Part shown: positions 39,779 through 53,200 of the stretch, piece after piece
How positions within the stretch are numbered: position 1 is the stretch's first letter
Layout of the letters: each line of letters begins with the position of its first letter
NCBI RefSeq assembly: GCF_963676685.1
Contig: NC_092345.1
Location: 83,762,001-83,826,000 of the forward strand
Origin: Mytilus edulis
Taxonomy: Eukaryota
DNA length: 64,000 nucleotides
Direction: 5' to 3'
Notes under the pieces: generated by a model
Told to the model about the DNA's origin: nothing
The model's database searches: none
What the model saw: only the letters and a program-made list of their open reading frames with translations
Made by a program: the position numbers and the translations under genes

Positions 39779-41449
39779 TTAGAAATTCTCCAGGACAAAT
39801 ATTTTGGATTTTTGTTTACTTTTTTCACTTCCAATATAAAAGTGTCGGTTATAATCCACAGACAGAGACTTTGGTTGTTCTATTCCCACCTTTTTGGTAT
39901 CTAAATATTGCATTAAAATTCCTGTACTACTAAGAATATGTAGGAAATAATTATAACTCTCAGCAATCACAAAACTATCCGACTGTGAAGTTACAATGTC
40001 CATTGGTCTAAAAGGGCAATGTTCATTGTTTATCTCTGGATTTCCAGTATAGATATTTAAAACTTTCCCTCCATCATCCAGCACGATGATTCTCCCTAAT
40101 AAATCGTTAGAGATAACATCTATAACAGCAATGTTACTGTTACTACTGGTAGTTACACGGACTGGTACACTAAATAACGGTCTGTTTTTGTTGTCAACTT
40201 CAAAAAGTTTTCTCCAACGCCCTGTTTGGTCCATTATGATCAGTTGTCCTGGTCCTTGAATTGGAAACCAACCCCCTTTCTCGGCTGCCCCTACTATAAC
40301 CTTCTCATCACGAGTTATGTGAACGGCAAGTGTAGCTAAAGGAGAGACACTGAAATTTGAATTCTGTACTTTTTGTTTATCAGGCTGTATGTACACGAGG
40401 TTGGACGATTCAAGAATTGATGCAAGAATTTCCCCATTCGAAAAAGACGACATATCTATCATGTCGAGTTTTACATTCGGCAGTACTTTGAGGGTATCGC
40501 CGTCAGGGATTGCCTTTTGTACTTGTCTTGATGTATCGTTATAAACCCAGAAAGATCCGTCGGGACAAGAAACAAGATCATTGACAGCCTCGGTGTCAAT
40601 TGTAAATTGAGTGACGACATGTAATTTTATGTCTTTTGAAATACTGTTTTCCAGCCTACCATGTTCAATGTTGGATAAGTCTCCCGGACAGAAGATTGGT
40701 ATATGTTGAAATGAAGTCTTCACGTTGACTTCAAAGGTTGGCTCCAATGATTCTGAGAAAGAGAATACCTCTTGAGCATTTTGTGTTTCCGTTAATCGCA
40801 CCAGTTCATCCCGTTTTTCTTTCAACGTCCTTTCTTTTCTCTTCGCCTCCCTTTCTTCTTTGGCAACTTGTTCTGTAAATGTTTTGAGACTCTGATCAAG
40901 TTCAGTAACAATTTGATTTGTTCGTTGCTTTATCTGTTCAACCAAAACTCTTTCAAAGTTAAAAACTTCTTGTTTAACCTTTTCATATGTAGATTGCTCA
41001 CATGTCTTTCTTTCCTCTAGCTTGTTCGTCGCTGCAATTAGGAATTTGATTTTCTTTCCGATAGTCTTCTGTTCATTTTTAATACTTTCAATACGATTTT
41101 CATATCCTTCGCTAATTTCTAACAAGTCGTGTTTCTTGTGGGTTTTAGCAACACATGTCGCGCACACAAGCTTGCCACAAGAATTGCAAAAAAGACAGGA
41201 GTTTTGTCCAGCATGTTTACTACATTTTAGCTTGGTAAAGTCTAGTTTATGTGGTTCAGTACCAGTCGATTTTTGTTTTCGACCAACATCCTTTATATTT
41301 ACAACGGTATGATCCTGAGCCGATGGCCATTTTGGATGGACTACATCTCGGCATCTTTGACACATGAAGCGTCCACAGTCAATGCACTTCCATTTCAGTT
41401 TACGATCATTTTCACAAATCTCACAAGTCAGTGCCGCCTGAATTTCCAT
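39779..41449 (-). CDS. RING-less TRIM-like protein: B-box1, B-box2, coiled coil, NHL-like beta-propeller (556 aa, single coding exon)
   Basis: CEIC..WKCIDCGRFMCQRCRDVVH (B-box1); CSKH..CLFCNSCGKLVCATCVAKTHKKH (B-box2); K/E-rich helical region; C-terminal blades (PMDIVTSQSDSFVIAE, PKSLSVD). Confidence 0.9.
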   Translation of the reverse strand: MEIQAALTCEICENDRKLKWKCIDCGRFMCQRCRDVVHPKWPSAQDHTVVNIKDVGRKQKSTGTEPHKLDFTKLKCSKHAGQNSCLFCNSCGKLVCATCVAKTHKKHDLLEISEGYENRIESIKNEQKTIGKKIKFLIAATNKLEERKTCEQSTYEKVKQEVFNFERVLVEQIKQRTNQIVTELDQSLKTFTEQVAKEEREAKRKERTLKEKRDELVRLTETQNAQEVFSFSESLEPTFEVNVKTSFQHIPIFCPGDLSNIEHGRLENSISKDIKLHVVTQFTIDTEAVNDLVSCPDGSFWVYNDTSRQVQKAIPDGDTLKVLPNVKLDMIDMSSFSNGEILASILESSNLVYIQPDKQKVQNSNFSVSPLATLAVHITRDEKVIVGAAEKGGWFPIQGPGQLIIMDQTGRWRKLFEVDNKNRPLFSVPVRVTTSSNSNIAVIDVISNDLLGRIIVLDDGGKVLNIYTGNPEINNEHCPFRPMDIVTSQSDSFVIAESYNYFLHILSSTGILMQYLDTKKVGIEQPKSLSVDYNRHFYIGSEKSKQKSKIFVLENF

Positions 41450-43229
41450 TTTAACTGCTTTTTACTGATTGCTCAGTCGACATTTTGTTATTATTGATTA
41501 AATTTTGTTAAAGGAAATGTGAGATTTAAATTTCTGTGTAGACATGCAGATATATTAAGTACACAAACTTTCTTTTTTATCAGCGAAAACTGGCTAGTTC
41601 TTCAAATTCTTTTTAAAATGAGTACTAGTGTCTCTGGATATTTTCCAGAAAATTGTTTGGAAGAATATTGCATTGAAATTTAAGTAGGTTCGTTACCTAA
41701 TTTTAAAAGAAGTTAATAAACATTTTATTTATTTGTTTGGACTACATTTCATAAATGAGACCAGTGAACGTTTGATTAGTTTTGTAAAGATTGTATTGAT
41801 TGGTAAAACGTTTAATTTTATCCACCCTAATAAAAGAATCGATCTTCATTGTCAGCATGTTTATTTTTTTTACTAACTAAACCATTTTCACAAACCTCAA
41901 GTCTATTATATGTTAGGTCCAAGTAACATCTTATCCAGTCAGAGCATTTACCATCCAAGATCAGATGTATTCATTAAAACAAACACAGTTCATGTAGAAT
42001 AATGTAAAGAGAAGGTATGGCTCAACTATCAATCTTTGCATGGTTTCACTCAAGTATCTGACCAATATTATAAAGTGTATTACCTCGAAGAGAACAGTGT
42101 GGCATGCCATAGCTGTGTGCCATCTACTAGTATCTCAAATACAAATGGAACCTTCGAGGAGATCATTTCCACTCATATTGAGCCTCATAGTAAAAAAAAA
42201 CTTGAGAATAGAACCTGTGGTTTCAGGCGAACGGATATTTTGGTCCTGCATTCTATTGTATGAATCATAAATTAAACCGAAACCGCATCCTTATCAGACT
42301 GAGACGGTGCGAGTTATTGTTTAAGAAATGCAGACAACAAGGCCTTGCAGCACGCGGAATAGATTCCTGCAATGGAATCATACCTGTGTAGCCTTCTCTG
42401 CAATGCAGTGCTTTATTGTACAACAAAATGCAGTATGCGGTAGTATCTTGCACTAAAACGATGTATTTCCATGCCCTGTCCGCAAAATATCGGAGGCATA
42501 TCGTTGTACACCTATTCGTCGGTCCGTCCGTCCTACATAAGGCATACGTTTTGTTCAGCTGACTACCCTTCATATTTTTATAAGGAAAATCTATCATATT
42601 TTGTAGGATGTTCGTTCATATACTTACGGTGTGCATAAGATCTAGAACTTTGATATTATGACATAATGTAGGGTAGGGTGTTATCATATATAGTAATGGT
42701 GTGCATACTGTCAGAATTTTCTGTTTCTTTAAATTTTCCACAGATTGTTACAATTTTCAAATATAAAGGATTAAATCACAACAAATGCGGATACTATCTA
42801 ATGATCATAAACAAGCTTCTGTCCTAGTTTCGTAGAAATCCAGGTTAGTTTAAAAAAGTTATTAAAATTTCAAAAAGGCAGTGGCTCCGGCAAAATAGCC
42901 TCTAAATAGCCTCTTAGGTGCCATTTTACCGGCTCCGGCAAAATAGCGATTTATATAGAGTTTTGCTATTTTGCCGGTTTAATTTCAGATTTTTAATCAA
43001 GAGTATATGAAATATATTTTTTAAGGAAACTATTTATGAACAAATGATACATTAGGCTAGATGGCAATAACCTTATTGTTCGCCTTGTCTTCCTAGTCAT
43101 GAAATTTTGGTGAACTGCACTTATTTAATTACATGTACTGTGTGTTTGTTAGATGTATGTTATGTTCTTCTTCAACTAATTATAGTTCGTTTTTATGTTG
43201 TACTGTTACACCATTGTCCTATGTTAGGG

Positions 43230-43545
43230 GAGTGTTGGGATCCCGCTATAATGTTTATCCCCGCCACATTCTGTATGTATGTGCCTGTCCCAAGTCAGGA
43301 GGTTGTAATTCAGTGGTTGTCGTTTGCTGATGTGTTAAATATTTTGTTTTTCGTTCATTTTTGTACAAACTTAGGCCGTTAGTATTTTAGTTTGAACTGT
43401 TTTACATTTGTCATTTCGGTGCCTCTTATAGCTGAATATGCGGTATGGGCTATATGGCCGTACGGTGACCTATAGTTGTTAATTTCTGTGTCATTTGGTC
43501 CCTTGCGGAGAGTTGTGTCATTGGCAATCATAATACATCTTCTTT
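43230..43545. repeat. Copy of the high-copy dispersed repeat
   Basis: tgcctgtcccaagtcaggag shared with 63910; 3' end shared with 7541-7748. Confidence 0.7.
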
Positions 43546-44217
43546 TTTTTTTATACATACGTTAATATCTGTTGAACATTGAACGTTTGAAAATGGAAAA
43601 TAACAAATGTGTTATCAAACACACTGGATTTTCGACTGATATGAAGAGCTACAGCCGGTTTTTGAGTACTTTAAAACGAGAAACGACTCGAGGACTATAA
43701 AATTCATGACAACCAGATAAAACTTTAATATTAATCTATAGTCTATGGTGCATAAAATATTGTAAGAAAGGTAAAAAAAATATTGTACACACGATGCATA
43801 GAAATATAGCTATTGGCATCATTTATTCTGAATGTCGAATACTGAAATGTATACATCTGCAAATTTTACAAAAGTGATGCAGACGCAAAAGAATCAAGTC
43901 TTATGGTAGCACCTTTATTGTGCCAGTCTTAAAAACAAATCATAAAAATGCAAGACACTGGTTTTGTAAAGCTCGTTAAGCAGTTTGAGGTTGTTGGGTG
44001 CTTTTTTTTTGTTTCAAAACTAATAGGATATTTTCTTTAAAGTTTTAATCAGAATGTCGATTTTTTTTATATATGGGTTCATATGCTTTCATCAGAGATT
44101 TCAATTTATTATAAAAAAAAAAATAGAATAAAAATGTCATTTTACGCTTCAAAATATATTGAAAGAATATTCAACAATACTTGTTTGTGAATCTGTTTGT
44201 GATGTTACCACAACAAA

Positions 44218-45243
44218 ACTAGAGGCTCTAAAGAGCCTATGTCGCTCACCTGTATTTACTGATGCTTTGGAAATCATGTAAAATAAGGTTAAAATCATAA
44301 TTTATAGTATAAGATATCATTAGATACTATAATAGTATCCAAGATAATAGCAAAAAACTGCAACATTTCCATAAAATTACTAACTCAGGGGCAGCAACCC
44401 AACAACTGGTAGACGGATTTGTCTGAAAATTTCAGGGCAGATATAACTAAATCCGATGAGCATTTTTGCCGGTCAAATTTGCTCTAAATGCTTCAGTTTC
44501 AGAGATATAAACCAAAAACTGCATTTTACCCTATGTACTATTTTTAGCCATGTCTGCCATCTTGGTTTGCAGACAGGGTCATCGGATACATTTTTAAAAC
44601 TAGATACTCTAATGATCATTGTGGACAAGTTTGATTACATTTTGTCTTAGTAGTTTCAGAGGAGAAGATTATTGTAAAAGATTACAAAAATTTAAGAAAA
44701 ATTGGTCGAATTGACTATAAAGGGCAATAACTCCTGAAGGGGTCAACTGACCATTTTGATCATTTGACTTATTTGTAGATCTTACTTTGCTGAACATTAT
44801 TGTTGTTTACAGTTTATCTCTATCTAAAATAATATTCAAGATAATAACCAATAACGGCAAAATTTCCTTAAAATTACCAATTAAGGGGTACCAACCCAAC
44901 CACAGGTTCTCCGATTCATCTGAAAATTTCAGAGCAGATAGATCTTGACCTAATAAACAATTTTACCCCTGTCAGATCTGCTCTAAATGCTTTGGTTTCA
45001 GAGATATAATCCAAAATCTACATTTTATCCCTATGTTCTATTTTTAGCCATGGCAGCCATCTTGGTTGGTTAGCCAGGTCACTGGACACATTTTTTAAAC
45101 TAGATACCCCAATGATGATTGTGGCAAAGTTTGGTGTAATTTGGCCCAATAGTCTCAGAGGAGAAGATTTTTATGAAAGTTAACGACGACAGACAATGAT
45201 GGACGCAAAGTGATGAGAAAACCTCACCTGGCCCTTCGGGTCA
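44218..45243. mobile_element. Helentron-associated (HINE/pearl-like) element, family A, ~500-bp internal repeats
   Basis: Start actagaggctctaaagagcc..tcgctcacctg; (gac)n and ctcacctggcccttcggg at the end; homologous to 52783-53908. Confidence 0.7.
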
Positions 45244-45319
45244 AAACTACCTCCTTATATATGTTTAATTCAAAAGGGTAGATAAGTAAACAGAATATAC
45301 TCATTACCCGCACATGACT

Positions 45320-46100
45320 GAGAGTGTACACACTGAAATGTCTCACCTGTTTAATTGACCATTAATTAAATGTTGATAGTCCTATAAGTTTAAAGTTTTA
45401 CTATGTAAGTATCACATAAATTTAACATGCTCCAAGTAAATGAGGTCAAGGTAAAATAAACCAAGCCAAACATATATGTTAACCTTACAATCATTCCATA
45501 CACTGAATATTGTTAACCTATTGCATGTATACAAGAAACAGACCAACCATGAAACTTTATACATTGTATTATCATTTAATGAACCATGAAAATGAGGTCC
45601 AGGTCAGAAGAACCCTGACAGACAGACATTTGCACCCTCCAACTCTTCAACAGATCAAATATAGTTGACCAATTGCATAAAATTTCTAAAAAACAAACTT
45701 AAACAGGAAAACTTAACATTGAGCAATGAGCCGTGAAAATGAGATCAAGGTCAAATAAAACGAGCCAGACTGACATGTACAACATAAAATATTTCTATAC
45801 ACTAAATGTAGTTGACCTATTGCATACAGTATTAGAAAAACAGACAAAAACACACAACTTAACTATAACCACTTAACCATGGAAATGAGATCAAGGTCAG
45901 ATAACAGCTGCCAGTTGAAATGTACACCTAACAATCATTCCATATACAAAATATAGCAGAACTAGTGCTTATAGTATCTTAGATATAAGACTTGACCACA
46001 AAAACTTAACCTTGTTAACTGATGTTGAGGTCAGATGAAAATTGTCTGACAAGCAGGAGGATCCTGCAAGGTATCTTATGCAAGATAGCTCATCTTACCT
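45320..46100. mobile_element. HINE-like element, family B (~160-bp subunits), decayed
   Basis: Start cacactgaaatgtctc shared with 52484; repeated gaaccatgaaaatgaggtcaaggtca. Confidence 0.65.
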
Positions 46101-49100
46101 TAAAATAGAAAACTTTGAACAATGAGATAACGCTTATGCCACATCAGTATAACATCATTTTATTACAAATAGCTTTGAATTCCATCAAATCAAATGGGCA
46201 CACTGCAAATCAACATAAGTACTACAGTACCATATCAGTATAAAATACTACACGAATGTGTTTTACCAACACAACCTATCACATTGTAATCAACAGAATA
46301 ACTAGGCAAATCACATTGGTATATTTTATTTCATCTTTTCTTTTAAATTATAAACACATTTGTTTTTTATTAATAAACTCTTGTAAATATTATATGTATA
46401 ATAATTTTTAAAATAACCATAAAATTATAAAATAATACAAAACCAGTAAAAATAAAAAATCTGGAATGGAAGATAAAAACAGAACATATAAAGTGGACGG
46501 AATACGAGGATGATAGTAAATGGAACATTGAAGTGTGTTGAGACAATGTATGCAGTATTTTACAGTGCGATTAACAAATACTTAAACACACAAATATAGA
46601 AGCATGTAATAAACCCACAGAAATAAATGTTTTCTCAACATCAAGAAAACAGAAAAATTACACGAGCAGTAAAAATTTAAAGTTTATAATCACAACAAAA
46701 AATTTGGCAAAGGGGAGGGTTAAGGACACCCCACCACTTGTATCCGAAAAGAAAAGGATTTAACATGTAATTGCAATCTTCTATAATTTCACATAAGATT
46801 AATCACATGAAAGATAAGTTTGGTATACAAATGAGACACAAAGTTTATGATGTTGGGCTTCATTTACACCAAGCCAACTTTGAAGATTTTTTTTAAAATT
46901 TTCAATTTTAAAAATAACCCAGATATTTAAAATAGGGAATTTATCTAGAGTGAAATGCTATTATTTATCTAGTTCTTGATAGATACAAAAGTTTGCAAAT
47001 ATGTGAATGAAAATATAAACCCACAATTTGAAATCTATGAATATTATAGAAATCATATTTTAAACTAATTTCTAACTCTCTTTGTTTTGAGAATGTGCTG
47101 TAACAATTATAAACAATTTCAATTACATGTGAAAAATATAGTAGATGTGTGTAAAACATGGGTGAGATATCAACAAATAAAGAGGATTTTAGGAAATGGA
47201 GTATATTAACGAAAGTATTAGAATAACGCTGATATATACATATATTCTTATTTGGCCCTTCAACACAGTAAACAGCAGTGAACTTGCGATATGCAATTCA
47301 TCCACATTTTAACCATTGACATTTTTAACGGTGGTAAGATAACGAAAAGTCTACAAGGTTACATAAAAAAAATTGAATTTACTCTATATACTTGAAGAAA
47401 AAGATTTTTTTTAAAAATCCTATTGATTTAAAGGAAGGAAAAAATGAGATGCAAACAAAAAATTCAACAAAAATTGTATCAGATTCATTGAAAACATTTT
47501 GACAAGCTAAAACTTTCCAGTGTTAGACACAGTTACAAATATATTTGGCTGTATCAAATGCATGGTATAAATTAACAATAATATTATAATTCATTTCTAA
47601 GAAACTTAACCAGTGTTGTCTATTACAGTGACCTTTATAATAGCTTAGTTCTAACAATAGAACTTTCACTGATATATAATAACTGACTCCTGACAAATTC
47701 ACCTAAATGCAAGATTTAACCAAACTAAGACATCTGTTTCATTTAAACACACGGAAGAACATATTGCACTTGTTCAGATATTATATACATTTGATGTTAA
47801 TGTGTTTGAATATGTTAACCAATGATGATCAGTAATTTTATGTTAAATATTCAGAAATAATAAAGGCAAGATCTTTGTTGTAGAAATAAGAATTCCATCT
47901 AAACAGAGGTAACCTTTCCGAAAACACATATTTTACTTAACCGAAAACTTGTTGTTTCATGTTATCTTCAGACAATATTGTCTGCTTTAATAGTTTTCTT
48001 CCATAAAACCAGATTTTTTTTTTCTATTGCATTTTAAGGCTCCACTTACATTAGAAAAACAAAATGATTAATCACATATTAACAAGGTAATCTTTTAAAA
48101 TTTCTATCAAACCAGATTAATAAAATGTAAATTCAAATTTCATAGAATTTGAGGGCTTATATCGACATGAATTTAATGCACTTCCCTTTGTCTGTATGAA
48201 TAATTTTGAACATTGTCTACTTTATAATTTGTGATAAACATACCTAGACATTTCTTGCCCTTAGCTTCCTTCAGCATGTTAAAATATTTTTTGATAAAAT
48301 TATGAGCTATTACTACATTAACTTTCTATGAGGACATTATGCATGTGTTTTCAGCTATTCTATATAAATTAGGTATGATGTGCTAATGAATGAATATAAA
48401 ACCCTTTGTGGTAATGTATACTACTCTGAAATAAAAGTGCTAAATATAAAAGCCTTTGTGGTAATGTATACTACTCTGAAATACAAGTGCTAAATATTGT
48501 CAAGAGGATTAATCTAAGCAGTGATTTAATTTCCTGGTTTTAAAGCATCAAACAAGTTTGCTAGGTTTTATTTGGCCTCTTTACTTGTCCTTGACTCTTA
48601 TCTTTTTTAAAGATCAAAATTTACACTAGGGAATATTTTCACCATTTCTTTTTGATCTTTTAAAATCGAGAAATTAACCAAAACCTAAACTCTTAATATA
48701 TCCCACTTGACAGTGTAATATTTACTCTAGGCTTAAATACTGTTAGAATTCTTCTCAATACTGAACACATTCATTTAAAATCTTAAACAGATATTGATTT
48801 TTGTTTTATAAATTAAATATAATTCTATGATGGTTTATACTATCAATGGTTAACATCAACCAAATTTGACACATTAAATAATGTAGTCACTATTTCCCGG
48901 GAGACAAATTTCAATTAGTGAGCAACAAATCAGATTAATTTTGTTACCTTCCAATGTTATTAAAAAGGTAGACAGTGCATAAAAATTACAAAAATTGAGC
49001 ACACACAAGGCAAAACAAAAAGCAAATGAAAATCTAATATTGCAGTTCTTCCTCTTCAAGTAACAGTGAGACTATCAACAAGATACAGAAGCTTACAAGT

Positions 49101-50153
49101 TCACCAATATTTTAAAATAGGCTTAAAAATACATCTTTCACCCTGAAAAGGTGTGAGAAATAATTATTGTCTTTTCATGGAAATTGGTAACCCATAAAAT
49201 AATTTTCCTACAGTGTAAGCTTGTAAATGCAAAAATAGAAACCAAAATAAAATTCTATTTACAACAGTATAACAATCCAGACAGTGACTATAGGTCTGAT
49301 AAAAACAAAATATAGATTCAAGCAAAATGTGAGTTTTTGAATCTAAATAACAAGAATTCTAATAAAACTAAATATCTATGTAAAAATCAATGATTGAACA
49401 AATCACAACAATGTCATACACTGTGTAAAACTTACTTTACAGTGTAATAATTATTAAAGTGCATTATGGGAATAAGCAACTAAATCAAATACTATTGCCT
49501 TTAAAAGACAAAAGTTATTCTGTATATAAATAATATATTTCTTATATTTTAGTTTGAACTCGTAAATATAAGAAGGCACCTCTTAAATATTTTAACATTC
49601 ACAATAAATTAAAACATACAAAAACCATACCCATGTCGATTCAAGATATACCTAGAAATAAGAACTTACAGTTTAAATTAATTTTATGGAACAACAATCA
49701 CTATATTTACATAAAAATGGCAAATAAATTAAATTTATGACGGAAAGTTTACAGTAATAATAAGCACATTGAAACAAACTTAATTTTCAAAAAAATACAT
49801 ACCAAGCACAGATACATTGTATTTAGATATTTTATAAAATGATTATTAAGGCTAGTCTCATGTCTTTATTGACAAATTAGCATGGAACTGAGAACCTACT
49901 TGGTTTCTTTAGATAAAACATATAATCTACAAGTAAATAAATGACTTGTTCTTACATAGCCTACAACAAGCATGGTACATGTTAATGGTTAGATTAAAGA
50001 TTTTAGTACTTTTGATAACCAAGCAACTGTTTATAAATTTCTATTGAGCTTATGACAGACTGGAAACTTTCTCTTAAAGATTGACTTGATCCTTGTTTGT
50101 ACTGATGACTGTATCCTTGTTCCTACTGATGACTGGGAGGTAAGATATTGTTT

Positions 50154-50250
50154 CTAGTTGATGAGGGGAAGGCAGGATAATGGTGAATTGATGAAAACAG
50201 TATCTGGTGATAAACCAACTCCATATACAGATAGTAACCCATGATGTACC
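50154..50250 (-). CDS. CERKL: CERKL-like last exon
   Basis: [13 protein letters not shown]...PLIN*; ttacag acceptor, TAG stop. Confidence 0.85.
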
Positions 50251-53200
50251 CTGTAAGTATAAAATGAAGGTATCATTGTAATAATATATAAACATTTATA
50301 ATATTTTGAATCAATTTTCAGCAATATGTGTACAATAAATTAAAAGTTTTACAACATTTTTACTTTTAAATGATGTCATTAAATGGGAAATGACATTGAA
50401 CTTCATCAAAAAAGAGGGAAGTATTGCATGTTTAATGAGAATAATAAAAATAGTATTTGACACTGTGCCTTACTGGTCACAAGTAGTAAAAGAAAAGCTT
50501 AGCATTATGTAAATAAATAAGATTGCTTATTCCATCTTGAACAATTATTTGAATTTTCAATGTTTATCAATGTAGAATTTTCCAGTTTTTATCCCCTGGA
50601 AAAGTAATTTGATAAAACATACCTAAAAGTCAATAATGTGTCATCACATATCTCATTATCAATATTCCATACAGTCTGAATCTTTGATTCCTCTTTTATC
50701 CTTTTCTTTTCTTCTTTTTTTAACACCTTCTTTTTCCTTCTCCATCTCTCCTCATCAGCAAAAGTTTGTCGATACTGCATTCCTACAAGTTGTTGGTCCT
50801 GTGGAGCACTGTTTACAAGTACATTGTCTTTTCTCTTATATATGTTGTTGTTTTTATTCCCAGATCCCTATGGAATAGAGATATAATACATTTAATATTA
50901 ATGACTGATCTACACTCATTTAAATTTTGAACCTCAACAGATACCAACATGGGGTGTTGATGATATGGGAAATGTAAAACCTATGTCTCTCTATTGACAC
51001 TCTATTCATTATTGCAGGCAAAAATAAATTTAATGTAACAAAATTTGTTAATGCCAAGGTCAGTCTGTAAAACATTTTTTTTTTCTAAAAAGCAGTTTGG
51101 TTGTTATTAAATTCTTGTGTTTCTTACAAATCAGTGTAGAGACTTACTGTACGACTTCCAGGTGGTGACACATCGTCAACTTCATCATCTTCATCGGTAT
51201 CATCAAGATCATCCAGATCTTCTACACTGTCTGCTCTCCGTGGTGATGGGGTGTGGATGCTTCCATTCTCACCATCAATTATAAACGCATCACCTGACTT
51301 AACACCTTGGACAGACATTCTATGTTCTATAGACTTCATACGATCCTCCACCTCATTATATGTAGTATCCTTGTAGTTCCAACCCATTGGATATCTAGGT
51401 TTAAATCTTACATCTTTTACCCTATGTATCTCCACAAATGGAAAATCAAACTGTAAAAGAAATCATAAGTTTATTCTTTGAACAATAAAACCTGAACACT
51501 TGTCTAAATTTCTAAATATCAATTTCATTTATATTCATATTCATTTTAGAAGAAGTAAAATGTGTTAATTGTAAGTTAGTAAGTCACACACAGTCTAATC
51601 CCAGTGTATGATTATGAAAGTTAATGTTAAAATACTTCTATAACATGACACATAAATAAATATTGTGTATCAACAAAGGTATCGATCGATGCAAAGTAAA
51701 AACTATAGCTCATATTGTGACTAAAAACTAAATGTCTTAGAATAACACTAATGAACCAAAAAATAGACATTTTTTTTACAGATATAACTCAAAAGTCAGC
51801 AATAGTATATTTTTTAGTATATTTTTTATGATAAACTTGTACTATTATTATTGAACTCAAATCCTTCTTTCTGTTTTCTTTAATCTTAAAACAGTTTCCA
51901 TTATACTTTAATTTATTAATAAAATGTTATATTTACCTGATTTTTATGGTTTCCATGACGTTTCAGATATCTTATAAAATCCCTTCGTGAGCAGTCTTTA
52001 ACTAGAACTAACTCCATAGCACCATCAGATAAATGAGTAAATTTACTGAGCCCCTCAGGAGCCACCTCACAATTGCCTGGTATACTATATAACCCAACAT
52101 GATAGTAACTCCCCTTGCAGGCTTTCCATGGATTGTCTTCTAACACTTCCTCTGAGAGTTGTTCAGTATCACTTAAACCTAAATAGATCAATAAGTCAAT
52201 AGTTTATAACATTGGTTGAAATGCTTTTGATTTTCTCATCAAATCACGTGTAAATAAAATCCTGTAAATTCTTTTCTCTGATACTGTACAACAGAAGGTG
52301 GTGTTAAGACATAATCATTGTCAATGAAGTTGCATCAACTCAAAGGGGGAAAGTGTACAAAAAAATATAGTTTCTTCCATTTTCTACTTAATTTACATTC
52401 AAAGTCAATGTTATCAAATAAATACTTATCCAAAATTATACAATTTGTAATCCAACAGTAATAATTCCCTCATCAGATATGCACACACTGAAATGTCTTG
52501 CCTTCATTACTAATCATTGATATTATGTTGATAGTCCTAAGTATAAAGCTTTATTTAAACTGTCACATAAACTTAACATTAACCAAGGTAACTAAACAAA
52601 GACCAATGAACCATGAAAATGAGGTCAAGGTCAGATGAACCATGCCAGGCAGACATGTATAGCTAACAATTCTTCCATACAACAAATATAGTTGACCTAT
52701 TACTTATAGTTTAAGAAAAATAGACCAAAACACAAAAACTTATCACTGTGCAATGAACCGTGAAATTGAGGTCATGGTCAAACAAGAGGCTCTCAAGAGC
52801 CTGAATCGCTCACCTGGTAAACAATGCCTTAAATATGATGAACAAATTGTGAAAAAATTGTCATTAAAGGACAATAACCCCTCAAGGGGTCAATTGACAA
52901 TTTTGGTCATATTTAACTTATTTGTAGATCTTACTTTGCTGATCATTTTTGCTGTTTACAGTTTATCTTTATCTATAATGATATTCAAGATAATGACCAA
53001 AAACTGCAAAATTTCCTTAAAATTACCAATTAAGTGGCAGCAACCCAACAATGGTTTGTTTGATTCGTCTGACAATTTCAGGGCTGATAGATCTTGACCT
53101 AATGAACATGTTTACCCCATGTCAGATTTGCTCTAAATGCTTTCGTTTTTGAGATATAAGCCAAAAACTGCATTTGACCCCTATGTTCTATTTAAAGTAA

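Noticed and set aside
41990-42480. Possible tyrosine-recombinase (DIRS-like) relic (LAARGIDS, LCAIY*YL) and ORFs 42036-42597
   Set aside because: Only faint motif echoes across broken frames; needs a tBLASTx or HMM search.
51124-51147. Longer CERKL-like exon 11 ending at 51128, or stop at 51124
   Set aside because: That donor is phase 2 and leads to a stop in exon 12; the GTAAGT donor at 51148 keeps the frame.
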